Shown piece by piece: positions 21,478 to 33,785 of a stretch of DNA of 64,000 nucleotides. The notes beneath the pieces were generated by a model that saw nothing but the letters and a program-made list of their open reading frames with translations, was not told the DNA's origin and searched no databases. A program made the translations under genes and the position numbers. Every line of letters starts with the position of its first letter. Position 1 is the stretch's first letter. The DNA lies in the NCBI GenBank assembly GCA_963744995.1, contig CAVUWA010000003.1:1-64000 (forward strand), in the 5' to 3' direction. Source of the stretch: Candidatus Eiseniibacteriota bacterium. Its GTDB lineage: Bacteria > Eisenbacteria > RBG-16-71-46.

Positions 21478-22377
21478 TCAAGTGCGCTTCACGGCTTCGA
21501 GAGCTTCCAGCGTGCGCGGAAAGTCGTCCCCGAGCAGCCGCGAAAGGGCCCGGTCGGCGAGCAGCCGGCCCCCGGTCTGGCAGCGGGGACAGTAGTTCGT
21601 CTCGTGGTCGGCGTAGGCGATGCGTTGGATGGGCGTCCCGCAGTCCGGGCACGGCTGCCCGTAGCGGCCGTGCACGGCCATGCCGGCGCGGAAGGCCGTC
21701 ACCTTCTGCGGGAACGCGTCGCCGCCTGCGCTGCGCAGCCTCTCCGTCCAGGCCTCCAGGGTCTCGCGCGTGGCCCGGTGCAACCGCCCGAGTTCTTCCC
21801 CGGTGAGCCGATGGGTCTGACGGAGCGGCGACAACCGCGCGCGGTGCAGGATCTCGTCCGAGTAGGCATTGCCGATCCCCGACAGGATGCGCGGGTCGGT
21901 GAGCGCGCGCTTGAGCGTGTGACGCTCCCGGGTGAGGGCGGCGGCGAACTCGGCGGCGCCGGCGGTCAGCGGTTCGAGCCCGCCCGGATCGAGCGCGGCC
22001 ACGGCCGCTCTGCCGCGCAGCAGGTGAAGCGCGGTCCGCCGGCGCGTGCCGGCCTCGGTCAGCAGCAGCGTGCCGCGATCGAAGACGAACGCGGCGACGC
22101 CGATCCGGCCCGCCGGGCGCGCGTCGCGCTCGCGCCACTGAAAACGCCCGGCGATCATCAGATGGATCACCATGAACAGGCGGCCCTCGAAGGCGAATAC
22201 GATGCGCTTCCCCATCCGCTCGATGCCGGCGACGGCACGGCCCGTGAAGTCCTCGGGGCCGGGCTCCACCGTGCGCAGCAGGTGCGGGCTCAGCACGCGG
22301 ATCGCGCGCAGGCGGGCACCGGCGAGCCGGCGCTCGAGGTGCTCCACGTAGACGACGACGTCCGGCAGCTCAGGCAT
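21478..22377 (-). CDS. Fpg/Nei-family DNA glycosylase
   Basis: N-terminal MPELPDV, RMGKRI, GIGNAYSDEIL (H2TH), CPDC...CPRC zinc finger. Confidence 0.9.
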   Translation of the reverse strand: MPELPDVVVYVEHLERRLAGARLRAIRVLSPHLLRTVEPGPEDFTGRAVAGIERMGKRIVFAFEGRLFMVIHLMIAGRFQWRERDARPAGRIGVAAFVFDRGTLLLTEAGTRRRTALHLLRGRAAVAALDPGGLEPLTAGAAEFAAALTRERHTLKRALTDPRILSGIGNAYSDEILHRARLSPLRQTHRLTGEELGRLHRATRETLEAWTERLRSAGGDAFPQKVTAFRAGMAVHGRYGQPCPDCGTPIQRIAYADHETNYCPRCQTGGRLLADRALSRLLGDDFPRTLEALEAVKRT

Positions 22378-22618
22378 GCGGGGGATCTTACCCCGGCTGC
22401 GATCGACCGGCCAATCGATTGTGGCACATTTTGTTCCGGCGATAGATGCAGAATCGCGTTGAAGCCGAGTCTGCCTTCGGTCGGCGCCCTCTCGAAAAAA
22501 ACGCCGCGATCGCGAAATGCGCCTGCGTCTCGCGACTCGTGCGCGCATCTGACCCACACATCCCCCCAGTGGCCGACGATGCACCGCGGACGATTCCCCT
22601 CTACCGTTCGGAGGACAC

Positions 22619-23254
22619 ATGGCAGTTCGACTTGGAGACACGGCGCCCGACTTCACGGCCGAAACGACGGAGGGCACGATCCGCTTCCACGAGTGGAAAG
22701 GCGACCACTGGGCGATCCTGTTCTCCCACCCGAAGGACTTCACACCGGTGTGCACGACGGAACTCGGCGCGGTCGCTGCACTGAAGTCCGAGTTCGAGAA
22801 ACGCGGCACCCGGGTCATCGGTCTCTCGGTGGACCCCGTGGATTCCCACCGGCGCTGGGAGCAGGACATCCAGGACGTCACCGGGCAGAAGGTGAATTTC
22901 CCGCTGATCGCGGACCCGGAGAGAAAGGTCGCGGACCTGTACGACATGATCCACCCGAACGCGAACGACACGCAGACCGTGCGTTCGGTGTTCGTGATCG
23001 CGCCGGACCACAAGGTCAAGCTCACCCTCACCTACCCGGCGAGCACGGGGCGCAACTTCCAGGAGATCCTGCGTGTGCTGGATTCGCTCCAGCTCACCGC
23101 GTCCCATGCGGTGTCGACGCCCGCGGACTGGAGCGTGGGCGACGACGTGATCATCGGAACGACGGTGTCGGACGAGGACGCGAAGCGGAAGTTCCCGAAG
23201 GGATTCGAAGCGAAGAAGCCCTATCTGCGGTTGACCCCTCAACCCAACCGGTAG
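22619..23254 (+). CDS. 1-Cys peroxiredoxin (Prx6 type)
   Basis: FSHPKDFTPVCTTE, YPASTGRNF. Confidence 0.93.
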   Translation: MAVRLGDTAPDFTAETTEGTIRFHEWKGDHWAILFSHPKDFTPVCTTELGAVAALKSEFEKRGTRVIGLSVDPVDSHRRWEQDIQDVTGQKVNFPLIADPERKVADLYDMIHPNANDTQTVRSVFVIAPDHKVKLTLTYPASTGRNFQEILRVLDSLQLTASHAVSTPADWSVGDDVIIGTTVSDEDAKRKFPKGFEAKKPYLRLTPQPNR

Positions 23255-23381
23255 TCTGCTAGTCTCGCGGCCGGCGGGCGCATGGCGTCCGCCGGCTTTC
23301 GCGTGCGTGTTGCGCGGCACGGCCGGCCCGCGCCCGCCACGCACCGGACGCTCTGGCCCAGCCCGCGCAAGGAGGCAGCCC

Positions 23382-23957
23382 ATGAGTATTCACGGCACGA
23401 TCCGCCCCACCGTTTTCGCCCTCGCGCTCCTCGCCCTCGCCGGCTGCGGCGGCTCCGCCTCGCAGCAGGCCGATTCGGGCGAGAATTCTGCCGCGGCTCC
23501 CGCGGTGCGCACCGCCACCGCGACGCTGCGCTCGACCTCCGGCAGCGACGTGACCGGAACGGTGACGTTCACCGAGGAAGAAGGCGGCGTCCGCGTGTTC
23601 GCGATGATCTCGGGTCTCAAGCCGGGTGCACACGGCTTCCACATCCACGAGAACGGCGACTGTTCGGCGCCCGACGGCAGCTCGGCAGGCGGTCACTTCA
23701 ACCCGGACGGCGCGCCGCACGGCGGGCCCGACTCGCCCGAGCACCATGCGGGCGATCTCGGCAACATCGAGGCCGATCCGGGCGGCGTGGGCCACTACGA
23801 ACAGGTCATCCCCGGCATCACGCTGGACGACGGTCCGAATTCGGTCGTCGGTCGCGCGATCGTCGTCCACGAAGGTGCAGACGACCTCACCTCGCAGCCG
23901 TCCGGCAACTCGGGGCCGCGGGTGGCGTGCGGCGTGATCGTGGCCGGCAGCCATTAG
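23382..23957 (+). CDS. sodC: Cu/Zn superoxide dismutase, lipoprotein
   Basis: LAGC lipobox, HGFHIHE, GGHFNP, HAGDLGN, VVHEGADD, RVACG. Confidence 0.92.
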   Translation: MSIHGTIRPTVFALALLALAGCGGSASQQADSGENSAAAPAVRTATATLRSTSGSDVTGTVTFTEEEGGVRVFAMISGLKPGAHGFHIHENGDCSAPDGSSAGGHFNPDGAPHGGPDSPEHHAGDLGNIEADPGGVGHYEQVIPGITLDDGPNSVVGRAIVVHEGADDLTSQPSGNSGPRVACGVIVAGSH

Positions 23958-23984
23958 GCCCCGGCCACGAGCCCGGCCCGGGCT

Positions 23985-24990
23985 TCAGGCGGGCGGTTCC
24001 GGACCCGCGGGGCCGCCCCCCTCGTCGTCACGGCCCCGGCGCTCGCCGGTGAACGGGTCCACCTCCCAGGCCGCTTCGGCGGCGGCCTCCTCCACCGCCC
24101 AGCGTGCGCGCTGGGCACGCGCCTCGAGCTTCCTGCGGATCCCGCCCGCCATCGTCAGCAGGCCGAGGATCGCCCACAGCATCCCGGACGCCGTGAGCAC
24201 GGCCGGCAGCCAGCGGTAGCGCAGCAGCGACTCGCGGCGCCACGCGGCCTCGGAGGCGGCGAGCGGCACGCCGGTCACACGGCGCCAGGCATCGTCGAAC
24301 GCCGAGGTCCGCGCGGCGCGCAGCATGTCGGCGACGAAGCGCTCGCCGTAGTGGCGCTCGGCCCACGCGACGAACGACGACGAGGCGGCATAGGCGATGC
24401 GCACGTTGGACTCCGGGCCGTGGAACGCGGCGTTCACGTCGGTCATCGGCGGCAGCGACGAGGTGAGCAGGCTCGTCGCGTAGAGGAAGGCGTCCTCGAG
24501 GCTCCACTGCCGCCCGGCGCGCGTGGCCACGCCCTCGTTGAACCAGCGCGGCACGCGGTCGTCCGAGCCGTCGTGGATCAGCAGGTGCGTGACCTCGTGC
24601 GCGAACACGGCCTCGATCGTCCCGTACGGATAGCGGTTGGCCAGCTCGATGCGCACGGCGCCGACGCGCCGGTCCGGAATCATGAAGCCGGCCGCCCACG
24701 GCGGCGCCGACGCCTCGAGGCCGGCCGTGAGCGGATTGGATGCTGCGTGCGGGCCGAGCAGCACGATCCGGTAGGGCGCGACGGCCCGAACCCCGAGCTG
24801 GGCCTCGAGCCGCGGCAGGATCTGGCGTGCCGCGCCGGCGAGCGCGGCCGCCTGGCGCCCGAGCGAGGAAGGCGCCTCGATCGTGCACTCCCCCACCCGC
24901 TCGCGCACGACCTGCGCGTGGAGCGGTGGAGCTGCGGCCAGCGGGAAGACCAGGCTGAGAACCGCGGCGAGCGCTAGCGCCGCGCGGCGC
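23985..24990 (-). CDS. Peptidase MA-like zinc metalloprotease with C-terminal TM helix; start uncertain
   Basis: AHEVTH ... PRWFNEG gluzincin motif; signal-like N-terminus. Confidence 0.7.
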
Positions 24991-25834
24991 GGCGCGTTCG
25001 GGCCGGATCCACCTTCACCACGATCGCGGCGCAGTCGTCCGCGAGCGCCCCGGATCCGCCGGCATGCGCGGTCACCGCATCGAGGAGCGCGGTCGCGATC
25101 GCCGCCGCACGCCGCCGCGCGGAGGCCACCAGCACCGCGCGCAGCCGCGCTTCGCCGAACATGATCTTCTCGCGGTTCATGCATTCGGTGAACCCGTCGG
25201 AGCAGAACGCCACGACATCCCCCGGCCGGAGGACGACGCGGATCTCGTCGTAATCGAAGCCTGCCAGCACGCCCAGCGGCGGGCCGGCGACGGCGATCTT
25301 CGTGGCCGTACCGCCGCGGACCAGATGCGGCCACGGCAATCCGCCGTTCGACATCGTGAGACTGTGGTCGAGCTCGTCGTAAACCGCCAGCAGCATCGCC
25401 AGAAAGCGCGGCGCCATGCGCGGCGTCCCGAGGCGCTCGTTCAGGCTGCGCAGCATCGGCCCGGGACCGCAACTGCGCCGGAAACCGTAACCGCGCAGCA
25501 GCCCGACCGCCATCGCGGCGAGCAGCGCGGCCGGGGCCGCGTGGCCGGCGGCGTCTCCGACCGCCCATGCCAGCCGGCCGCCGCCGCAGGGCAGGAAGTC
25601 GAGGAAATCGCCGCCGACCTCCCGCGCCGGCGCATACGCCATGCCCAGCTGGATGCCGCGGACCCGCGGCGGCTCGGCGGGCAGCAGCGCTCGCTGCACC
25701 TCGCGGGCGTGGTCGAGCTCGAGCGCGCGGCGTGCCCCGTCGCGGAGCGCCGCGGCCACCTGCCGTGCAGGGCTCTCACGGCCGGCGGCGGCGCTGCGCG
25801 ACGTGCCGCGCGGAATGGGCTTTCCGGAACGCAT
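24974..25834 (-). CDS. PP2C/SpoIIE-family phosphatase
   Basis: AREVQRALLP, VGGDF, VGDAAGH, SDGFTE, DDCA. Confidence 0.85.
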   Translation of the reverse strand: MRSGKPIPRGTSRSAAAGRESPARQVAAALRDGARRALELDHAREVQRALLPAEPPRVRGIQLGMAYAPAREVGGDFLDFLPCGGGRLAWAVGDAAGHAAPAALLAAMAVGLLRGYGFRRSCGPGPMLRSLNERLGTPRMAPRFLAMLLAVYDELDHSLTMSNGGLPWPHLVRGGTATKIAVAGPPLGVLAGFDYDEIRVVLRPGDVVAFCSDGFTECMNREKIMFGEARLRAVLVASARRRAAAIATALLDAVTAHAGGSGALADDCAAIVVKVDPARTRRAARR

Positions 25835-26031
25835 GCCTGCAGCCTGGGTGCGCGCGCGGCAGCTGGCAAGCCAATGATCTGAAAGGTCGGTGCTCCGTTC
25901 CTGTCAGGCGTACCCGCGCCCCCGCGTCCGTCGCGCTTCTGACAGCGTCCGGCGCAAGGTGTAATGTCCGCCGATCTCGATGTCCTCCGCGTCCAGGGGT
26001 TGCCGCCGCCGCGCGCGGCATGGAGAGATGA

Positions 26032-27014
26032 ATGCCACGCCGTGTTCCCATCATCATCGCCGTCGTCCTGATCGCCGCCGCCGCAGGGTTCTTCATCTGG
26101 AAGAGCCGCGGCGAGGGAGCGACCCTGACCGCCTCCGGCACCGTCGAGGCCACCGAAGCGCAGCTGGGCTTCCAGGCCGGCGGGCGGGTGGACCAGATTC
26201 TCGTCCAGGAAGGTGACCGTGTGACCCGCGGCCAGGTGCTCGCCCGGCTCGACACGGTCGAGGTCGGCGCGCGCCGGGCGCAGGCGGTCGCGGCGGTCGC
26301 GGTCGCGAGGGCCAACCTGCTCGAGCTCGAGCGCGGCTCGCGGCCCGAAGAGATCGCCAGCGCGAAGGCCGCGCTGGAGGCCGCCGAGCAGAAGCGCCTC
26401 GATGCGCAGCGCGATTTCGAGCGGGCGAAGAAGCTGTTCGCCGACGGACTCGTGAGCCAGGAGGCCTACGACAAGGCGAGGACCGCGTTCGACGTCGCCG
26501 TCGCACAGCACCATGCCGCGGCCGAACAGGAGGCGCTGGTGCGCGCCGGACCGCGGGCCGAAACGATCGCGGCCCAGCGCGCCTCGCTCCAGCAGGCCGA
26601 AGCCTCCGTGCGCGCATACGACGCGATGCTGGCACAGATGACGGTGCGCGCACCTTTCGACGGCGTGGTGACGGTCAAGGTGCGCGAGCCCGGCGAGATC
26701 GTGCCGGCCGGGGCCGCCGCCGTGACGATCATGAACCCGGACGACCGCTGGGTGCGGATCTACATCCCCGAGGACCGGATCGGCGCCGTCGCGCTCGGCG
26801 ACAGCGCCGACATCCGCAGCGACACGGATCCGTCGCACGCCTACGGCGGGCGCGTGACCTTCATCGCCTCCCAGGCCGAGTTCACGCCCAAATCGGTGCA
26901 GACGAAGGAAGAGCGCGTCCGGCTCGTCTTCGCGGTGAAGGTCAAGATCCACTCGGACCCCGAGGGCGATCTCAAGCCGGGAATGTCCGCGGACGTGCGC
27001 CTCATCGAGCGCTC

Positions 27015-27018
<4 letters not shown>
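26032..27018 (+). CDS. HlyD/YbhG-like periplasmic adaptor
   Basis: N-terminal TM, lipoyl-like and coiled-coil segments, AEFTPKSVQT, LKPGM. Confidence 0.9.
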
Positions 27019-28914
<1,896 letters not shown>

Positions 28915-28915
<1 letters not shown>

Positions 28916-30033
28916 TGCTGAGCCGCACGCGCCTGCGCGCGATCGCGCGCAAGGAGATCATCCAGCTGAGCCGCGACCGGCGCAGCCTGATCCTGGCCTT
29001 CGCGCTGCCGGTCCTGCTGCTGATCCTGTTCGGCTACGCGATCACGTTCGACGTGCGCGACATCCGCATGGCGGTGCTCGACCAGGACCACAGCCTGCGG
29101 AGCCGGGCGCTGATCGACGCGTTCGGCGCCTCCGGGTACTTCGACGTCGTGAACCGCCTGGCCGGGGCCGGCGACATCGCCCCGCTGCTCGACGGCGGCG
29201 AGGCGCAGATCGTGCTGGTGATCCCGCCCGACTTCTCCAGGAACCTCGAGAACGGCCGCGGCGCCCAGGTGCAGGCGCTGGTGGACGGCAGTGACGCCAA
29301 CACCGCGACCATCGTCATCGGTTACGCCTCCGGAATCGTCCGCCAGTATTCGCTCGCCGTCGCGACCCGCGGCATCGTCCGCGCGCCGCCGCTGCGCCCC
29401 GACAGCCGCGTCTGGTACAACGAGGCGCTCACCAGCCGCAACATGATCGTCCCCGGACTCGTCGCGGTGATCATGATGATCATCGCCGCGATGCTGACCT
29501 CGCTGACCATCGCCCGCGAATGGGAGCGCGGCACGATGGAGCAGCTCGCCTCGACACCGGTGCACCGCTTCGAGGTCGTGTTCGGCAAGCTGCTGCCCTA
29601 CCTCGGCATCGGCCTGATCGACGTGACCGTCACGACCGCCCTCGGCGTGGCCCTGTTCCGGGTGCCGTTCCGCGGCGACGTGCTGCTGCTCGCGGTGATG
29701 TCCACCGCGTTCCTGATCGGCTCGCTCGGGCTGGGGATGTTCATCTCGGCGGTCGCGAAGTCGCAGGTGCTCGCCACGCAGATGGCGATGATCCTCACGT
29801 TCCTGCCCGCCTTTCTCCTTTCGGGCTTCATGTTCTCGATCGACGTCATGCCGCCCGTGCTGCGCGCGATCACGTACATCGTCCCGGCGCGCTACTTCCT
29901 CGTGGTCACCCGCGGCGTTTTCCTCAAGGGCGTCGGCGTCGAGGTGCTCTGGCTGCAGGGCCTGCTGATGCTGCTGTTCGCCGCCGTCGGCATCGGCCTC
30001 GCGGTGAAGAGCTTCCGCAAGGAGCTCACGTGA
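28915..30033 (+). CDS. ABC-2 type permease (YbhS-like)
   Basis: AREWERGTMEQL, LLSGFMF; hydrophobic helices. Confidence 0.9.
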
Positions 30034-30047
30034 TCGGCGGCGTGTCC

Positions 30048-31148
30048 ATGGCGCGCGTGCTGGAGATGGTACGCAAGGAGTTCCGGCAGGTGCTGCGCGA
30101 TCCCCGCATGGCACGCGTGATCTTCGTCGCACCGATCATCCAGCTCCTGGTGTTCGGCTACGCGGTCTCGACCGACGTACGTGACACGCGGACGTTCGTC
30201 GTGGATCACGACCGCGGCGCGGTCGCGCGCGAGCTGGTGGACGCCATGACCGCCTCGGAGCGCTTCGAGGTCGTGGGCCGATCGGACCGTGATCGTGACG
30301 CGGTCGACGCCCTCGATCACGGTCGCGCGCTGGTCGCCGTGGTGATCCCGCGCGACTTCGCCAGGACGCTGGCCCGCGGTGAGGATGCACGGGTGCAGCT
30401 GCTGTTCGACGGCACCCAGTCGAACACGGCGACCATCGCGCGCGGCTATGCCGAGCGTATCGTGCAGGACTTCGCCGCCGAGCACGCCGCGCAGCCGCTG
30501 CCCGACGCGGTCACCCTGCGCGAACGCGCCTGGTACAACCCGGATCTCTCGAGCCGCGACTACAACGTGCCGGCGGTGGTCGGCTCGCTGATCCTGCTGA
30601 TCTGCCTGCTGCTCACCGCGCTGGCGGTGGTGCGCGAGCGCGAGATCGGCACGCTCGAGCAGCTCATGGTGAGCCCGCTCAAACCGGTCGAGCTGATCCT
30701 CGGCAAGAGCATCCCGTTCGCCCTGATCGGCCTGTTCGACCTGGTGCTGGTGACGACCGTCGCGATTCTGTGGTTCCGCGTGCCGTTCCAGGGGAACTTT
30801 CTGTGGCTGCTGCTGGCGGGGCTGCTCTATCTGCAGTCGGCGCTCGGCATCGGGCTGCTGATCTCGACGATCTCCAACACGCAGCAGGAGGCGTTCATGT
30901 CGAGCTTCCTGTTCTTCATGCCCGCGCTGCTGCTCTCCGGATTCATGTTCCCGGTGAGCAGCATGCCGTCCGCGATCCGCTGGGTGACGGCGTTCAATCC
31001 GGTCACGCACTTCCTGATCATCGTGCGCGGGCTGTTCCTCAAGGGCGCGGGGCTGCCGACGCTGTGGCCGCACTTCGTCGTGCTGCTGGCGATGGGCGTC
31101 GTGCTGCTCGGCTTCGCCTCGACGCGCTTCCAGAAGACGATGCGCTGA
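30048..31148 (+). CDS. ABC-2 type permease (YbhR-like)
   Basis: VREREIGTLEQL, LLSGFMFP. Confidence 0.9.
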   Translation: MARVLEMVRKEFRQVLRDPRMARVIFVAPIIQLLVFGYAVSTDVRDTRTFVVDHDRGAVARELVDAMTASERFEVVGRSDRDRDAVDALDHGRALVAVVIPRDFARTLARGEDARVQLLFDGTQSNTATIARGYAERIVQDFAAEHAAQPLPDAVTLRERAWYNPDLSSRDYNVPAVVGSLILLICLLLTALAVVREREIGTLEQLMVSPLKPVELILGKSIPFALIGLFDLVLVTTVAILWFRVPFQGNFLWLLLAGLLYLQSALGIGLLISTISNTQQEAFMSSFLFFMPALLLSGFMFPVSSMPSAIRWVTAFNPVTHFLIIVRGLFLKGAGLPTLWPHFVVLLAMGVVLLGFASTRFQKTMR

Positions 31149-31209
31149 GAGGCACGCGGCGCCCGCGCCGGGTGCCGGCGGGACGCCGCGGGGTGATGCG
31201 GCGAAGGCT

Positions 31210-31803
31210 TCAGCCTCCGGCGCGATCCGCGAATTTCGCCGGATCCGCCCCGAACCGTTTCATCGTGCTGTCCGACCGGAAGTAGTAGCGGCGGCCGTCG
31301 AACTCCAGGTGCGGCGACCCGGGTGTCGGGCGGAAGCGCTGCTGGCTGATCGGATCGGTGAGCCAGCCGCAGTAGCGTGTCGGGTCCTTCTCGAATTTCT
31401 GCCGCGCCTCGATGCTGGAGAAGTAGAAGATCTCCCAGTTGAGCCGCGCGCGCAGGGCCGGGATCAGCAGCGCTTTCTTCTTCGGGTACACGGTTCCCGG
31501 AATCGAGAGCCGGCGGAACGTCAGGTAATGGTCCGGGTCTTTCACGAAGACCCCCGGGCAGTGCGTTCAGCAGAAGCCGATCGGCCGGCCGCTGACGTAG
31601 ACCGGCCGCACCTTGAGGTTGAGTTTGTTGCCGGCGACGACGCAGCGATCGTTGAGCGAGACCAGCGAGTCCCCGTACTTCATCAACGGGTGATCGGGAT
31701 CCTGCGTCGGCACGTAGCGCTGCGCGAACAGCGCGGCCGGAGCCAGCATCGCGAGCGCCAGCACGGCGCCGAGCGCCGCGGTCCACCTCAGGCGTCGTGG
31801 CAT
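31210..31803 (-). CDS. Secreted triple-YHS-like repeat protein, probable selenoprotein (UGA = Sec at 31567-31569), 197 aa
   Basis: ORFs 31567..31803 and 31210..31545 are in the same frame; read-through gives IGFC-U-THCPGVFVKDPDHY, matching the YHS FCCxxC...F.kdP..Y pattern; signal peptide; hairpin after the UGA. Confidence 0.8.
31533..31557 (-). promoter_or_regulatory. Bacterial SECIS-like stem-loop
   Basis: mRNA CCGGGGGUCUU-CGUGA-AAGACCCGG: 7-bp GGGUCUU/AAGACCC stem, 5-nt loop with G at position 2, 20 nt between UGA and loop. Confidence 0.7.
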
Positions 31804-31864
31804 CGGCCCTCCGCTGCCCGGGTCTGGTGACGCCTGAATGCCGGAGCCACCCGGCGCCGGGGCT

Positions 31865-32386
31865 TCATCGCGCGGATCCGCCGCGCCACGGGAAAGCGGC
31901 CGTCATCAGCGTTTCGCTGTCGCTCCGCGCCCAGGCGAACAGGAACACCGAGTCCGGCGTCGTGCGTTCGAAGCGCATCAGCGTCTCGTTGCGGCGCGGG
32001 GTCGGGAACAGCGTGACGGTGCGCAGCACCCGGCGCAGCGAATCGTCGAACACGAACACGCCGAACAGCTCGCTGTCCGCGCCGTCGCCGGGACCGGCGC
32101 CGCGCGCCAGCACCAGGTTCGCGCCCCCGCCGCCGCTCTCGCGACGGAACTCGAGGATCGAGACCCGGCGTGCATCGGGATTGCGCGATGCGAACGCGTC
32201 TTCGAGCGCAATGATCATCGGATCGGCGCCGGTATCGGGTGCGGCTTCGGTCACGCTCACCCGCTCGCGACCGCCCGGCGCGCCGCCTGGCGCCTCGCGC
32301 GCGGTCTCGCGGCTGCCGCATCCGGCCGCCGCGACGACGAGCAGGGTGCACAGAGCGTGCCTCAGGGACGGAGTTCGGGGTCGCAC
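31865..32386 (-). CDS. Hypothetical lipoprotein
   Basis: Hydrophobic N-terminus with AAGC lipobox; upstream of the YHS gene on the same strand. Confidence 0.6.
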   Translation of the reverse strand: MRPRTPSLRHALCTLLVVAAAGCGSRETAREAPGGAPGGRERVSVTEAAPDTGADPMIIALEDAFASRNPDARRVSILEFRRESGGGGANLVLARGAGPGDGADSELFGVFVFDDSLRRVLRTVTLFPTPRRNETLMRFERTTPDSVFLFAWARSDSETLMTAAFPWRGGSAR

Positions 32387-32468
32387 GGCGAGAAGCTAGC
32401 CGCACTGCTCCGCCCGCCGCAAGTCGTGCGGTTTGACCGTCGCGGGGAGCGCGGCCAGTATTCGGTCC

Positions 32469-33785
32469 ATGGCTCAGCCGGATTGGGATCGCGTCCGCGA
32501 GCACGGGCGCACGCTGCAGCGGGCGGCGCTCGAGGCGGCCGCGCCGGAACCCGCGGTCAGGCGCCTGCTGCGCTTCGATCACGGCACGCTGCACGCCGGC
32601 CCGCACGCGCTGCCGCTCGAGGACGACGCGCGGGTGCGGATCGTGGCGTTCGGGAAGGCCTCCGCGGGCATGGCGCGCGGCGCGCTCGCGGCACTCGGCG
32701 GGCGCGCGGACCGGGGCATCGTCGTCCACCCCCACGGTCTCGATCCCGGCGACGGCTGGCCGGCCGGGTTCCGTACGCTCGCAGCCGGGCACCCGATCCC
32801 GGACGAGGGCAGCCTCACCGCGGGCGCAGCGGCGATCGAAACGCTCGCCGGCGCGAGCGCCGGCGACGTCGCGCTGGTCCTGATCTCGGGCGGCGGCTCG
32901 GCACTGCTCGAGAGCCTGCGCGAGGGAGTCTCACTCGCGGACCTCCAGTCCATCACCCGCGCGCTGCAGCACGCCGGCGCGGACATCGTCGAGCTCAACA
33001 CCGTGCGCCGGGCGCTGTCGCGGGTGAAGGGCGGCGGTCTCGCCCGCCGGGCCCGGCCGGCGACCGTGGTGGCGCTGCTGCTCTCGGACGTCATGGGCGA
33101 CCGCCCGGAGGCCATCGCCTCGGGGCCGACCACGCCCTCGCCCACCGGACCCGCGGAAGCGCTCGCGATTCTCGAGGCGCGCGGCATCGCGCCGGCGCAC
33201 CGGCCGCTCTGCGCGGCGCTGCGCGCGGCCGACGCCGACCCGCCGCCTGCGGCACGGGTCTGGAACGTCATCGCCGGCTCCAACCGAATCGCGGCGGAGG
33301 CTGCGGCGACGGCCGCGCGCGGGCTGGGGTTCGCGGCGCTGGTCGTGACCGAGTACCTGCAGGGCGAGGCCCGCGACGCGGGCCGCGTCATCGGCGGCAT
33401 CGCGCGCACGGTGCGCGAGGCGGCGCTGCCCGCGCCGCCGCCGCTGTGCCTGGTGTTCGGTGGCGAGACGACGGTCACCGTGCACGGCGCCGGGCGCGGC
33501 GGCCGCAACCACGAGCTCGCCCTGGGCGCGGCGCTGGCGATGGACGGCGCCGCACGCATCGCGGTGTTCGCCTTCGGCACCGACGGGATCGACGGCGCCT
33601 CCGACGCCGCCGGCGCGTGGGCGAGCGGTGCGACGCTCGCGCGCGCGCGCGATCAGGGCCTGTCGGCGGCGGCCGCGCTCGAGGCGAACGACACCGACGC
33701 GTTCTTCCGCGCGCTCGGCGACCAGCTCGTGACCGGCGCCACCGGCACCAACGTCAATGACCTGGCCATCGCGCTGATCTACTGA
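32469..33785 (+). CDS. Glycerate kinase type 2 (DUF4147/MOFRL)
   Basis: FGKAS, GHPIPD, LISGGGSAL, SDVMGD...IASGPT, GGETTV, GGRN, TDGIDG, TGTNVND. Confidence 0.92.
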   Translation: MAQPDWDRVREHGRTLQRAALEAAAPEPAVRRLLRFDHGTLHAGPHALPLEDDARVRIVAFGKASAGMARGALAALGGRADRGIVVHPHGLDPGDGWPAGFRTLAAGHPIPDEGSLTAGAAAIETLAGASAGDVALVLISGGGSALLESLREGVSLADLQSITRALQHAGADIVELNTVRRALSRVKGGGLARRARPATVVALLLSDVMGDRPEAIASGPTTPSPTGPAEALAILEARGIAPAHRPLCAALRAADADPPPAARVWNVIAGSNRIAAEAAATAARGLGFAALVVTEYLQGEARDAGRVIGGIARTVREAALPAPPPLCLVFGGETTVTVHGAGRGGRNHELALGAALAMDGAARIAVFAFGTDGIDGASDAAGAWASGATLARARDQGLSAAAALEANDTDAFFRALGDQLVTGATGTNVNDLAIALIY

